64,000 nucleotides of DNA, from assembly GCA_043228905.1 (NCBI GenBank), contig JBHGNT010000041.1, forward strand, positions 1 to 64,000, written 5' to 3'. The position numbers and the translations under genes were made by a program. Shown here piece after piece: positions 1-10,700 of this stretch (the first letter of the stretch is position 1; each line of letters starts with the position of its first letter). The notes under the pieces are model-generated. The model ran no database searches. It saw nothing but the letters and a program-made list of their open reading frames with translations, and was not told the DNA's origin. Origin of the DNA: Azolla caroliniana (lineage: Eukaryota; Plantae; Polypodiophyta).

Positions 1-961
1 AGAGGGATTCAACATCAAAAGAAAAAATGAAGCTATTGGGTGGTGTTATAAGTTGTTCTAAAGTTTGGACAAGGGAATGGGAGTCCCTAAGATACTGTTT
101 TTGAACTAGAAGTATGGGGAGGAGTTGATGGTGAAGCCATTTAGACGTTTGTTCAAATAATGAACCGTTATATGAGCAAATCGGTCTATAGCTAACAGGA
201 CTTTTATGTACTTTTGGCAAGAAGTACATATTAGGTATTGAGTAACCTTTAGGAGGTTTGTGTAGGATAAATTCTATTTCTATGAGAGATAAGATATTAC
301 GATTACAATTGACTATGTCTTGTAGTCGACTTAAAAGTTCTTCTAATGGGAGACTATCAACTTTTTTATATGTAGTGATGTCGGATAAATGTTCTAGGGC
401 TTTATCTAAGTATGTTTTTTTATCGAGGACACAAACTCCAATGTTTTTGTCCGCTGGTAGGATGGTTATTTTATTATTATTTTTAAGGCTAGTTATTGCT
501 AATTGGAGGTGTAGTGGTATTTTGATATTAGGTAATATATTATCATGGAGGTTTGTGGAGAGAGAGATATTGTGTTTATGGAGTATAGATTCTAATGGTG
601 GATATTTAGTAGGAGGGTTCCAATTCGGGTTGGGTAGTTTGAAGGGATTAGAGGGAGGAGAGTTGGATTTTCTAAAGAAATGTTTAAGTCTCAAGGATCT
701 ACTTAGGTTTTGGTATTCTTGAAGAATGGATTGGTTAGTAGGTGGGGGGCAAGGGGGTATAAACTTAAGTCCTAGGTTTAAAAGTTTCATTTCTAGTTTA
801 CTAAGGGTGTAACTTGAAAGATTATGAATTTTACTTTGTAAGATGGAAGTAGTGTCTATGGTGGGAGTAAGTGGTTTCCAAAACTTGTATCTAAGCCTTT
901 TAGGGCGTGATTTAGTATAAGGGGAGAAAGGGAAGTGGGAGTTTTCTTTACCAAAGGGGGC
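1..961 (-). CDS. PLE reverse transcriptase, N-terminal half (runs off the window edge)
   Basis: Hand translation gives no stops from 961 to 1: IHNLSSYTLSKLEMKLLNLGLKFIP...RSLRLKHFF...WNPP...ITILPADKNIGVCVLD...YLDKALEHLSDITTY...MYFLPKVHKSPVSYRPICS...YLRDSHSLVQTLE...FSFDVESL. These are the typical PLE NLS/GLxF, ADK, LPKxHK-RPI and motif A blocks. Confidence 0.88.
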
Positions 962-1948
962 CTATCTAGTATGTAAAAAAGACGCTTACAAGGGTGTAAG
1001 GCGTGCTTAAACCGTTTACTAATTCGTTTAGCACGCCTCACTACACGTTTTTTGGTTTCGACACATGAGTTGGAGTTTTAGATGGGGGTTGATAGGGGGG
1101 TTTGTAAGAGTTGTGTGGGTTTGATTTATTATGTGGGTGGGTGGCTGGGGCAGATGGGTTAGAATTACAAAAAAGGGAAGGGGTATTAGATGTAAATAGG
1201 GAGGGGTTACTAACAGGAAAATGGAAAGGGGTATTAGACGTAAATGGGAGGGGTTCTTATTTATATTATGTGGAAATAAGAGGGGGTTGCCGTGTGTGGA
1301 ATTATTAGGAAAAGAGAGGGGGGTATGGGAGGAGTGTGTGAAAATATTGGGGGGGTTTTGTGAAAATATTGAGGGGGTTTGGGGCTATATTAGAGATTGG
1401 GGAAGGGGCAAGACCAAAATTATACAAAATGTTAGGGGGGTAATTAGGGTGGGGATCATTACAAAAAAGGGGCATGGGGTTATGGAGGGGAATATTGGAA
1501 AGTAACGGGGGGTATACAGAGAATTATTAAGAAGTGTAGGGGGAAGGTTTTGAGAGTGAGTGGGATATGGGTAAAGGGATGGGCTATGTTGCTGCCCTAG
1601 CGTAGGAGGAGGGAAAGAAAATTGAGGGGGAGAGGTATCGAGGGGCTTAGTATATGGAGGAGGGTTGGAGAGCAGAGGGGGAAGGTGAGAATGGGGGAGA
1701 TGCTTTCTATTGTAGTCGAGCGCAGGACCTGAGTTTGGGACAGCGTTATGGCCCGCCTGTGAATTAATCTCGTCCTGTTGTTGATGGCTATGTTGGGCCG
1801 ACGAGAAACTAGCAGGTGCAGCCGAAGAGTAGAAGCTATGGACCAGAGACGGGGGTCCTCGGTGTGCAGCCTGTGACCAAGCATGTGTATGGTGGCTCGT
1901 GTCTCTGTGGCCATCGAAAAGTGATGATGGTGGTAGTTGATGGAGATC

Positions 1949-2860
1949 TCCCTCTACCCTAGCATCCCACCTAAACTAGGACTCTCTGCCCTAAAAAGCC
2001 TTATTGCCCCCCACTTTTCTAACCAAAAAACCAATTTGATTTACACCCTTAGTGCCCTCACCTTAGAATACCACTTCCTTAAATTTAACAACCAAATTTA
2101 TCAACAGGTAAAAGGAACAGCCATGGGTAGTAATTTTTCCGTCGTGTATGCATGTCTCTTCCTCTCATATCTAGAAAATTCCAATCCATCACCCCACCTT
2201 TTCTATTTCACTAGGTATATTGATGATGCCTTTGGCGTCTGGACTGGTACTAAAATCCAACTTCTCGAATACCTAAACTTCTATAGTAACTCTACTCAAA
2301 ACTCTATAAAACTAACCATACACACTTCTTACACGAAACTACCCTTTTTAGACCTTTGGATTAGATTAGATAATAATAGATTCACCTTTAATTGCTTTCA
2401 AAAAACACTTAACACATATCAATACATCCCTTATTCCTCCAATCACCCTCTACATGTGAAAAATAGTTTTGTTTCAAATGAACTTAAAAGATATATGGTT
2501 AGAGAAAGCACGGCCCTAGGTTATTTAAATATGCAAAAAAAATTCTTTACGAGACTTAGAGCCCGAGGTTATCCCACACATTTTATTCTAAATAACTTTC
2601 GAAAACACCCTTACTCCCTTAGACACACTCTCCTTTTCAAAGAAAAAACTAAAAAGACCACCCCACCCACTATCTTTAAACTTAGATATACTCGCCATAC
2701 CCCCACACTAATTATTAAGAAAATACTAACTAACCTACACTATGATATCCAATTAGATCCCCAACTACAACATATCCCTAAACCCATTATTTGTTGGACT
2801 AAATCCAAAAACCTCCACTCCCTTCTAGTAAAAACTAAAAACATCCTAGAGCCACTATAA
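1949..2860 (+). CDS. PLE reverse transcriptase, C-terminal half (motif A to thumb)
   Basis: SLYPSIP, YQQVKGTAMGS, RYIDD, LPFLDL, YIPYSSNHP, RLRARGYP. The ORF ends at 2860 with no GIY-YIG domain. Confidence 0.92.
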   Translation, partial: SLYPSIPPKLGLSALKSLIAPHFSNQKTNLIYTLSALTLEYHFLKFNNQIYQQVKGTAMGSNFSVVYACLFLSYLENSNPSPHLFYFTRYIDDAFGVWTGTKIQLLEYLNFYSNSTQNSIKLTIHTSYTKLPFLDLWIRLDNNRFTFNCFQKTLNTYQYIPYSSNHPLHVKNSFVSNELKRYMVRESTALGYLNMQKKFFTRLRARGYPTHFILNNFRKHPYSLRHTLLFKEKTKKTTPPTIFKLRYTRHTPTLIIKKILTNLHYDIQLDPQLQHIPKPIICWTKSKNLHSLLVKTKNILEPL

Positions 2861-2949
2861 ACATATTTTCTCACCCTTCATTTAATCTATCCCCCTTCCT
2901 TGTTCCTCTCTCCTTCCCCCTTACTTTTATTTTGTAGTCACACACATCT

Positions 2950-3157
2950 ACTTTTTTCCCCCAATATTTCCCTTATATCTCACTAAAAACTATATTCTAT
3001 CTCCCCCTCCCTTTTTTTCCCCCCCAATATTTCCCTTATATCTCACTAAAAACTATATTCCATCTCCCCCTCCCCCCTTTTTTTCCATTTCTCATCCCCT
3101 CTTCCTCTCACTACCTTTTTTTCCATTTCTCATCCCCTCTTCCTCTCACTACCTTTT
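2950..3157 (+). repeat. Two tandem duplications in the PLE 3' UTR
   Basis: ccccaatatttcccttatatctcactaaaaactatattc occurs twice, and ttccatttctcatcccctcttcctctcactacc occurs twice. Confidence 0.8.
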
Positions 3158-3494
3158 TATACACTCTCTCTCTTCCCTCTTCCCTCAACCCCTCTCCCTA
3201 ATACCTCTTATTAACTTCCTTTAACTTTCCCTTCTTTCTTTTATTTACATATAATTACACACCCTACCACTCATTCATTTCCCCTTATTCACCTCTTTCT
3301 ACTCCCTCATCTGTCTTATCACCCTATCAATCTTCCATTCACCAGCCCATTTTGTTTCCCCCCCCATATCACCACCCCCTCTATCATCAAGATCTTCCAA
3401 CTTAAAACCTCACAGCCCTCCATCTATTTACATTGTTATTGTACCCCACTCACTATGATTATACATTCTCCTCCCTTCCCCATCCTCAACATCC

Positions 3495-3502
3495 TATATA
3501 AA
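3495..3502 (+). promoter_or_regulatory. TATA box in the PLE pseudo-LTR
   Basis: TATATAAA ends about 20 nt upstream of the hammerhead motif. Confidence 0.45.
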
Positions 3503-3521
3503 CCACCTTTTGTATGTACAT

Positions 3522-3580
3522 GACCTTTTGCACTGATGAGCTCTACCTAAAAGAGCGAAACTAGTTTGCTGCATAAGGTC
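3522..3580 (+). ncRNA. Type I minimal hammerhead ribozyme
   Basis: CTGATGA (3533-3539), stem II GCTCT/AGAGC, GAAA (3557-3560), palindromic stem III ACTAGT, GUU cleavage triplet, and stem I GACCTT..GCA / TGC..AAGGTC. Confidence 0.85.
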
Positions 3581-3609
3581 TTTCCTTTTATTTTAATGGA
3601 ATTTTCCTG

Positions 3610-3648
<39 letters not shown>

Positions 3649-3685
3649 GTGTGCTTAGAATCTTTTCTTATTACATTATCTATGT

Positions 3686-3840
3686 AAACCCTAGACCTAA
3701 TCCCGAAACCCTAATCCCGAAACCCTAATCCTGAAACCCTAATCTCGAAACCCAAAACCCTAATCCCAAAACCCTAATCCCGAAGCCCTAAACCCTAATC
3801 CCAAAACCCTAAACCCTAATCCGGAAACCCTAAACCCTTT
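3686..3840 (+). repeat. Degenerate telomere-like array (AAACCCT / AAACCCTAATCCCG units)
   Basis: Repeated aaaccctaatcccg and aaaccct units. The array is preceded by (TC)n at 3612-3646 and flanked by the 14-bp direct repeat tattacattatcta (3669-3682 and 3843-3856). Confidence 0.85.
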
Positions 3841-4168
3841 CCTATTACATTATCTACCATATCTAAAAGTCGCTCGCACTCCTTGTATCAACCTTACGGT
3901 TAATAAACAAAGTAATGATTGTTGTGAGTAACTTAGTAATTAGTAGTGTGATTAGTGCTAATTACATAGGAAATAATAACTTCAATGGCATTGTGAATTA
4001 TAATATCAACTATTGCACATAACTCTACTTACCATGCTAGTTGTGAATGAAAGAGATTGTGGAGAAATGAGTCTATGAAATATTAAATATTATGAGTCAT
4101 GACTCTAAGCATGTGTGTATATCTACTTTTGACTAAGGGCACAAGGTAATATATATTTGTATACAAAG

Positions 4169-4557
4169 TTTTTTTTTCCCAAAAAAACGGAAAAAAACTC
4201 CTTCCATTATTCATAAAATTTTACAGATTAGAGTATTATATACAAATCCTTGTAGGGACGTGATAATTCCATCTTATGTGGATGCCCACTGACTCAAGAA
4301 AGGGAGAGGACGACTATTGTTGGATGAAGGCTAGTCGTTGTCTTTCAACTCCATTGGAGCCGCCTTTGAGGCCATCATATTGTCTCTTTAGAGTGGCTAC
4401 AACTTCACACCATATCTCTTGCATTAACATTACTGGATGCGTTGTTTGGTTGGAGAAGACTCGTCTATACCGTTGTTTCCATAGAGTCCAAAGAGTTATC
4501 AGGCTGACCAATTCCAACACAACTTGAGATTTAGTAGTAATAGGAGTTTAGTGGATA
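4169..4557 (-). mobile_element. 5'-truncated L1-type LINE fragment
   Basis: Minus ORF with LWTLWKQRYRRVF (the WxxWxxRNxxxF-type C-terminal motif of plant L1 ORF2). The T-run at 4169-4177 reads as a polyA tail. Candidate TSD is tgtatacaaag / tgtacacaaag. Confidence 0.6.
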
Positions 4558-7500
4558 TTGTACACAAAGTTTTAGACCAATATTGTCCTTGAAACAAGCA
4601 ATAACTTTTGATGTTTTACCTTGAGTTATTTGTAGGTTTGTATATGGATATCAATAAAATGTCAAATAAGACCAACTCATCCCCTATGTGTATTTTTAAA
4701 CAATGGCATGGCTCGTAACTGTAAGGCTCAAGGGCATATGCCAACGTATATCTATTAGACATTGAGGACATGGAATATGATGTAGTGCCCACCAGTACAA
4801 TTCATATAATATGTAGTAAAAACAATAAGGATAGTTCAAGGTGGAGGCTACTTTCAAGTTAAATAGTCTTATCGGGAAACTACTTACGATTATATTAATA
4901 TAATTCTAATTGTGATAGCCCAACATCCATCACGTTTCCAAGCTTTTTTTCAAAAGTGTTATCCACCAATACCACCTCAGTCATCATGCTACTATTGTGC
5001 TAAAAAAACATATGTATCTGTGTGTAGTTTTGAAAATAAGGACATATTTGGTCTTTTGTCTATTTTGATATTTGGTATGGTTCATATAACAAATTCTCTT
5101 GGGAGCACACACATCATATTTACGTGGGACAAACATATAGATAATTCTGCATCAATGAGTATTCATGATATATGTTTCTTTGTTACCATCAACTTGCATA
5201 TTGATGATTTATTAAAATGGGTTATTTATTTTTGTCATTTGAAAGGGAATTTCCACGTTATATGCACATTTGCATGTGACATGACACGTATATGTGCAAT
5301 GATCGATTATCTTTTCACCAACTAGGTATGAAAGAACCTACCCACACATGTTTAATAGAATTAAACCTTCTAATAATTCAAAGACGAACATATTATTATA
5401 ACATACATCAAAAGAATCATGATCTTCTTATCTTTATGAGTATCTCGAGTCAAATATCCTTACAATTTGCGTTCTACTTTGTGATAGCATATCTTGAATA
5501 CAAAACTTAGAGAATATAGATATTGAAATTCCATTAGCTTGTAAGCCACACTCTTCTATGCATCTTGAAAACATTCAATCATCGATCTCACATTTGAATA
5601 GTACTTACGCTAGAATTCAAAGCAATATATCATCAAATGGGCTTTGTTGCTCCTTCTACTTTGGAAAGACCATTTTAATAAGAGAGAGGTTAATTTTGAG
5701 ATGAAAGTTAGTTAGTGGCATATTCATTAGATGTATACATTCAGATATACACACGATCATTATTTTTCTTTACGGAAAAAGTGCTTGCTGGCCCTCACTA
5801 TCACTTTTGATATTAGGGTGGGTAAAAGTATTAAATGCCAATATTGATTTCACCTAGTTGGTAAGCCACATGTTTCATAAAGCATAGACTTGGTTTGAGT
5901 CCCACCCATTACCCTAATTTACTACAAACCATTGTGAAATTTAGGGGTTGAATGCACGTCCTTTTTGTCACCATCATACAACCTTACAACATGATATGCA
6001 ACAAAAATATATGCATACGTCCATGTGAGTGTAAATGCAAACTTGCATAACATGGAGGTTGGGGTAACACTTAAAATGTCACATTTGGGCATCTATCTTT
6101 TTGTACAATCTATTGAAGAATTTCAATGCGTGAAGTTCAACCATAGTACAAGACAACTATATATTGTGCGTAGACTTTCGATAATGGTTTAAGTGATGTT
6201 CCAAAAGATAAAGTTCTTAAATACGTTATCATTAGATTGCAGATGGGAAGCTTTCAAGTAAGGCATTTATCCATACAAAGAGAAATGTGTTTTTATGAAG
6301 TTAATGTTGTGCAAATGTGCTAATAATGCAATGCTCCACCTTCAATCCTATTTGAGTTTTCTTTCCCCACATCTTCAACCTTGATCTTAACACACATATG
6401 TCTCTCTCTCTCTCTCTCTCTCCCACTACGCCAATGATGCATGCATACACACATACTAACCTACATCTTATGAAGACAATGGTACACCACTTGTATGGAT
6501 ATGCCACAACTATCAAGAGGCGCTAGCCTGCAACAGCTTGAGCAACAAAATATAGGGATGTCCAAAATATAGAGCAACAGCTTATATGATGTATGAAGGA
6601 AACCCTTTCATGTTATGAATAAGCATTTAATGTTTATCTTCCAAATTACAAATCCTAGTAATATTTGGAAAATGGTATTCAATAAGAACATGCATGTGAA
6701 GAATCAAGACCTTATATGCATGAGTATCTTACGCCCATCTTTAACATTTATCTTATTACGAGGTATATGTAAAAGGATGTGATGACTTAGCTTGAAAAGA
6801 AGTTTACCGAGGCCGACTTTATATATTTATTAGTTTATCCAAAAAGGTAGACAATAGATCCTTAAATACATCACCATATGAAAGTAAATGTCATATGAAT
6901 GCTAAAAATAACCGCCAATAAATTTCAAACGTACCTATGACATTTACAATATCATGAAATCTTGGTATCATAAGATGAGTTGGCATGCTCCCTTTACACT
7001 TCATGAGCGCTTTAGATTCAAAAGCAAAAACTTCAACACAAAACTATGCAATGATATTTAAATGATTGATCAAAGGCATATTTAATGCACAAATTCATAA
7101 CCAACAGGTATTGATCCAAACACCAAATCCCAAACATGTGTAGAATCTTCTTCGACTTCTTCGGTCGAGTCGAATTCGGTTCCTTGTTCAGGCATTTCCC
7201 CTCGTTCTTCAGTCGGTTCTCGATTTTGCCGAATATTAGATCGGTCGACTGGTTCAGATTCGATTTCGATCGATTCAGCTTCTACTCGATTTGACCAAGC
7301 GTCGACTCGGTTCGATTCAGTAGTTGGAGACTTGTTCTCAATCTCCCAATCAATAATCATCTTCTCTTCCATGAAGACGATGTCTCGGCTTTGGATCACT
7401 TTCTTCTCGGCTAAGTCCCATAGCCGATAGCCGAATTCCTCATCGCCGTAGCTGAGAAATATGCATGGCTGAGATTTCGGGTCCAATTTTCCCCTTTGGT

Positions 7501-7735
7501 CCTTTGCCACATGCACATAGACAAGACAGTCAAACACCCTCACATGTCGGTACGATACGTCTTTGCCACTCCACACCCTTTGTGGGACATCATCACCATC
7601 CAAGGGTACTGAGGGTGATCGATTGATCACATACGCTGTCGTCATCATCGCCTTAGCCCAGAATGTCTTCGATAACTTTGCATGTGCAAGCATACTTCGA
7701 ACCCTCTCTATTACGGTTCGGTTCATTCTCTCGGC

Positions 7736-10700
7736 TGTCATGAACAGTACTAAGACAGAGAAGGAATTAGTACTAAAAGAAGTATTAGTACTAAGAGAGG
7801 TGAAGAACTCTCGAGAGAAGGAAAGAGTGAGTGAGAGGGAGGGAGAGAGAGATCGAGAGAGAGAGAGAGAGTGATGATAAGAAAAGATATATATTATGTG
7901 AAGAAAATGTACAGTAGCTAGGAGGCTTAAGACTGGTGTTGAACCGATTTGGTTCGAAATAATGCCTTGTGCCTCCTTTTATAGTGTTCTAAGGAATACT
8001 CCTGAAGTTTCTAGAATGTTCCAGAGAAATCTGAAATATACATCAATTTTCTATAATAAAACATAAATGAAAATAATATTCTATGTATTACAATGTATAG
8101 TCTAATGGCCAAGAGCTCGACCCATGTAGTATAAGGTCATGGGTTCGAGTCTTGCCATATCATGACACTATCCCCCCTTTAAAACGACGAGTGTAACAAG
8201 TCGTTTTGGATTGAGGACCTGGTTTGTCTGGATATTGACGATGGAAGTCTTCAAGAAGAGCACGAGCATTGGTGACATTCTCTATTGGTTCCCAAGTACG
8301 CTCGCTGGGACTATATCCTAGCCAATCAACTAGATAGTAGAGCTTGTTGCGAACAAGCTTGGAATCAAGGATGGCGGCAACCTCGTACTCAGGTCCATCT
8401 TCAAGCTCGATCGGGGGTGGAGGCTGTGTAATACGTCCTGGGATGGTGCTTTCTTGATAGGGTTCTAGGAGAGAACTATGAAACACCGGATGTATCCGAA
8501 GTTGTGGAGGTAGATCAAGACGAAAAGCGACATCATTAATCTTTCCGATAATACGGAAAGGACCTAATCGCCGATAATCCAACTTCTCGCATGGGCGAGT
8601 AGTCTTGATGTGTCGTCGGAGTAGCCATACCCGATCTCCAATGTTAAAACTAGATGGGAGTCGATGACGATTTGCATAAACCTTGTGTGTTTGTTGAGCT
8701 TGTTGGAGATGAGTAGATAAATCCGCTTGTATCTTGCGTAACCTGTCCAAACGATCCTCTGCGCAAGGATTTGTGGACACCTCTAGGGTTTCAAGTACAC
8801 ACCACCGGGGGTGACATCCCGTATAAGCATAAAATGGCGTAACTTTCGTGGATGCGTGGATAGAGTTGTTATAGGCAAATTCGGCGAAGTGGAGAATATC
8901 TGCCCAATCATCCTGATGATAGCTAAGAAAGCACCGCAGATACTGCTCCAACATTTGATTGGTTTGTTCGGCTTGGCCGTCGGTTTGTGGGTGGTAACCG
9001 GAGGAGAGGTTACAAGTGACCTTGAGCATGTTAAAAAGGTGCTTCCAGAATTTTGACACGAACTGGGGTCCACGGTCGCTGATGATACTATCGGGAAGTC
9101 CATGATGCCGACATACTTCACGCATGACAATTTCGGCAGTGTCTTCACTGGAGATCTCCTTAGTACATGGCAAGAAATGAGCCATCTTCGTATATCGATC
9201 GACCACCGTTAGAATCACATTGAACCCCTTAGAGACTGGAAGATCCGTGATGAAGTCTAGAGCAATGGATTGCCACGACTTGCTTGGAATTGGTAATGGT
9301 TCTAATAAACCATATGGATGATGCCTTGGCATTTTCGCTCTGCAGCATGTATCACAAGTCCGAACAAAATCCTCGACAAATTGTCACATACAGGGCCACC
9401 AGAATGATTGTTGTACTAAATGTAGTGTTTTAGTACTACCAAAATGCCCAGTTGTATATGTGTCATGACAGTTTTGTAGTACTTGAAGGCGGCAAGAACC
9501 ATTAGGAACATACAAAAGTTCTTTAAAGAAGAGTAATCCATCATGGTATTTGAATTGCCGATAGTCCGTACCTGGTGGTTGCGACTGTGAACATGACGCT
9601 CGAGAGGGATCAATTTGTGCTAGTATAGCTTGGGCGAACGCATTTGTCTTCAAGTCTTCGCGTATGGTATCGATAACGCGGGAATCCATGGGCATGTCAA
9701 AGATCTTTGTTGCTTGTAGTCGTGCCGGTCCCAAGATGACTTGTTTTTGGTTATCGAAAGCTGGCTCGCCGGGACGGGGTGCTACGTACGAACGCCATGA
9801 TAATGCATCGGCCTTCCCTTGGTGCTTCCCCGGACGATATGTAATTTTGAAGTCGAAACGCGTGAGGAAGTGGGCCCACCGAGCTTGACGTCGATTCAAC
9901 ACACGAGCATCCTGAAAGTAGGCAAGGTTCTTGTGGTCACTAAATACGGTGACCGGATGAGAGGATCCGTCCAAAAAATGCCTCCATTGCATAAAAGAAT
10001 CCACTATTGCCAATAGCTCCTTATCATGAATTTCGTAGTTGATTTCGGCGGCGTCAAACTTGCATGAGTGAAAAGCCACAGGATGTAGCTTCTCATCATT
10101 CCCCTATTGTGACAGAATGCTCCCCAATGCAAAATCCGATGCGTCAGCTTCGATAATAAATGGTTTTTCCAGATCGACATGAGCTAGAATTGGAGCCGAT
10201 GTAAATGCCTTTTTAAGACTCTCGAAAGCCACGTCCGTTTCTTTAGACCAAATGAACGGTTGTCCCTTCCTGGTAAGTTGTGTGAGAGGTAGAACGATTT
10301 TTGAGTAATCTTGTATGAACTTCCGGTAAAAATTGGCAAAGCCTAGGAAGCATTGCACATCCCGCACCGAACGTGGAGTCTGCCATTCTACCACCATTTT
10401 GACCTTAGCTCGGTCCATGGAGATGCCTTCTGACGAAATGATGTAGCCGAGAAATTCCACTTGGTTGCACCCGAAATTACATTTTTCCAGCTTTGCATAC
10501 AGACCATGTTCTCGAAGTCGTTTTAGTACTAATAGTACATGAGAATCATGTTCTTCTTGGGTCTTTGAATAAACCAGTAGATCATCCAAATAGATGATCA
10601 AACAATCATCCAATAGATCTCGGAATATATCATTAGCCATGTGCTGGAAGACTGCCGGTGCATTAGTGAGGCCAAACGGCATGACCGTATTCTCGAAGTG

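Larger units (their letters stand above)
1..3610. mobile_element. Penelope-like retroelement (PLE), no endonuclease visible, with inverted 5' half
   Basis: The minus strand 961->1 encodes PLE N-terminal and RT motifs up to motif A. The plus strand 1949-2860 encodes the rest of the RT and thumb. A pyrimidine-rich 3' UTR, a TATA box and a hammerhead ribozyme follow. No GIY-YIG motif is seen at either end. Confidence 0.9.

Noticed and set aside
258-722. 154-aa plus-strand ORF and other short ORFs at 1111-1505
   Set aside because: They are antisense shadows of the minus-strand PLE RT and its C-rich upstream region, with no motifs.
1080-1700. G-rich stretch as a G-quadruplex or novel repeat
   Set aside because: It is explained as the reverse complement of the C-rich, Pro-coding 5' region of the PLE, which has the same strand bias as its 3' UTR.
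3686-3840. True chromosome telomere
   Set aside because: The array is short, degenerate and flanked by non-telomeric sequence on both sides, so it is interstitial as assembled.
5845-5915. tRNA or SINE-like A/B boxes
   Set aside because: Too degenerate (ggtttgagtcc), with no cloverleaf, tail or TSD.
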